From contig CAVYGB010000006.1 in NCBI GenBank assembly GCA_963767925.1, forward strand, positions 352,001 through 416,000: 64,000 nucleotides of DNA, read 5' to 3'. Under the pieces are notes generated by a model. It made no database searches, was not told where the DNA came from, and saw only the letters and a program-made list of their open reading frames with translations. Made by a program: the position numbers and the translations under genes. Below, one piece after another: positions 63,932 to 64,000 of this stretch (position 1 is the first letter of the stretch; the number at the start of each line of letters is the position of its first letter). This DNA is from an uncultured delta proteobacterium (GTDB lineage: Bacteria > Myxococcota_A > Polyangia > Fen-1088).

Positions 63932-64000
63932 CTCGGTTTTCCCTAAAGGCCTCAAAGGCTCCGGACGCAATCGTGAGATATACGCCCTGCTCCCCGCGAC

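Overview
High-GC bacterial DNA. The gene content points to Myxococcota: several eukaryote-like Ser/Thr kinases paired with TPR/PEGA genes, and a TIGR02266-like protein. Layout in order: (1) two convergent STAS-like (SiaC/Slr1659-type) paralogues and an HATPase-like partner; (2) a 2.26-kb IS5-like element with 25-bp TIRs and a CTAG duplication, carrying a four-helix-bundle passenger gene and a GTGCAC-rich repeat, inserted at the stop codon of a UbiD-family gene; (3) three Ser/Thr kinases, two of them head-to-head paralogues that both appear to start at CTG, with TPR/PEGA, LVIVD and S9 peptidase genes; (4) two tandem ~160-bp CTAG-bounded palindromic cassettes sharing a conserved core; (5) an HUH/RAYT-type transposase locus bracketed by ~270-bp inverted repeats and several repeat arrays, with GTAG-type REP-like repeats nearby; (6) htpG, a YqeY-like/MazF fusion, katG with an OxyR box and a relic oxyR-like 5' end, and an MscS gene; (7) a ~23-kb MEDS/PAS/GAF/FIST histidine-kinase cluster with eight kinase domains and no DNA-binding output, ending in gene debris beside tRNA-Asn(GTT); (8) an amidohydrolase and a TIGR02266/PEGA membrane protein. 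Several genes have single frameshifts that may be assembly indels. All family calls come from motif recognition by eye; no searches were run.
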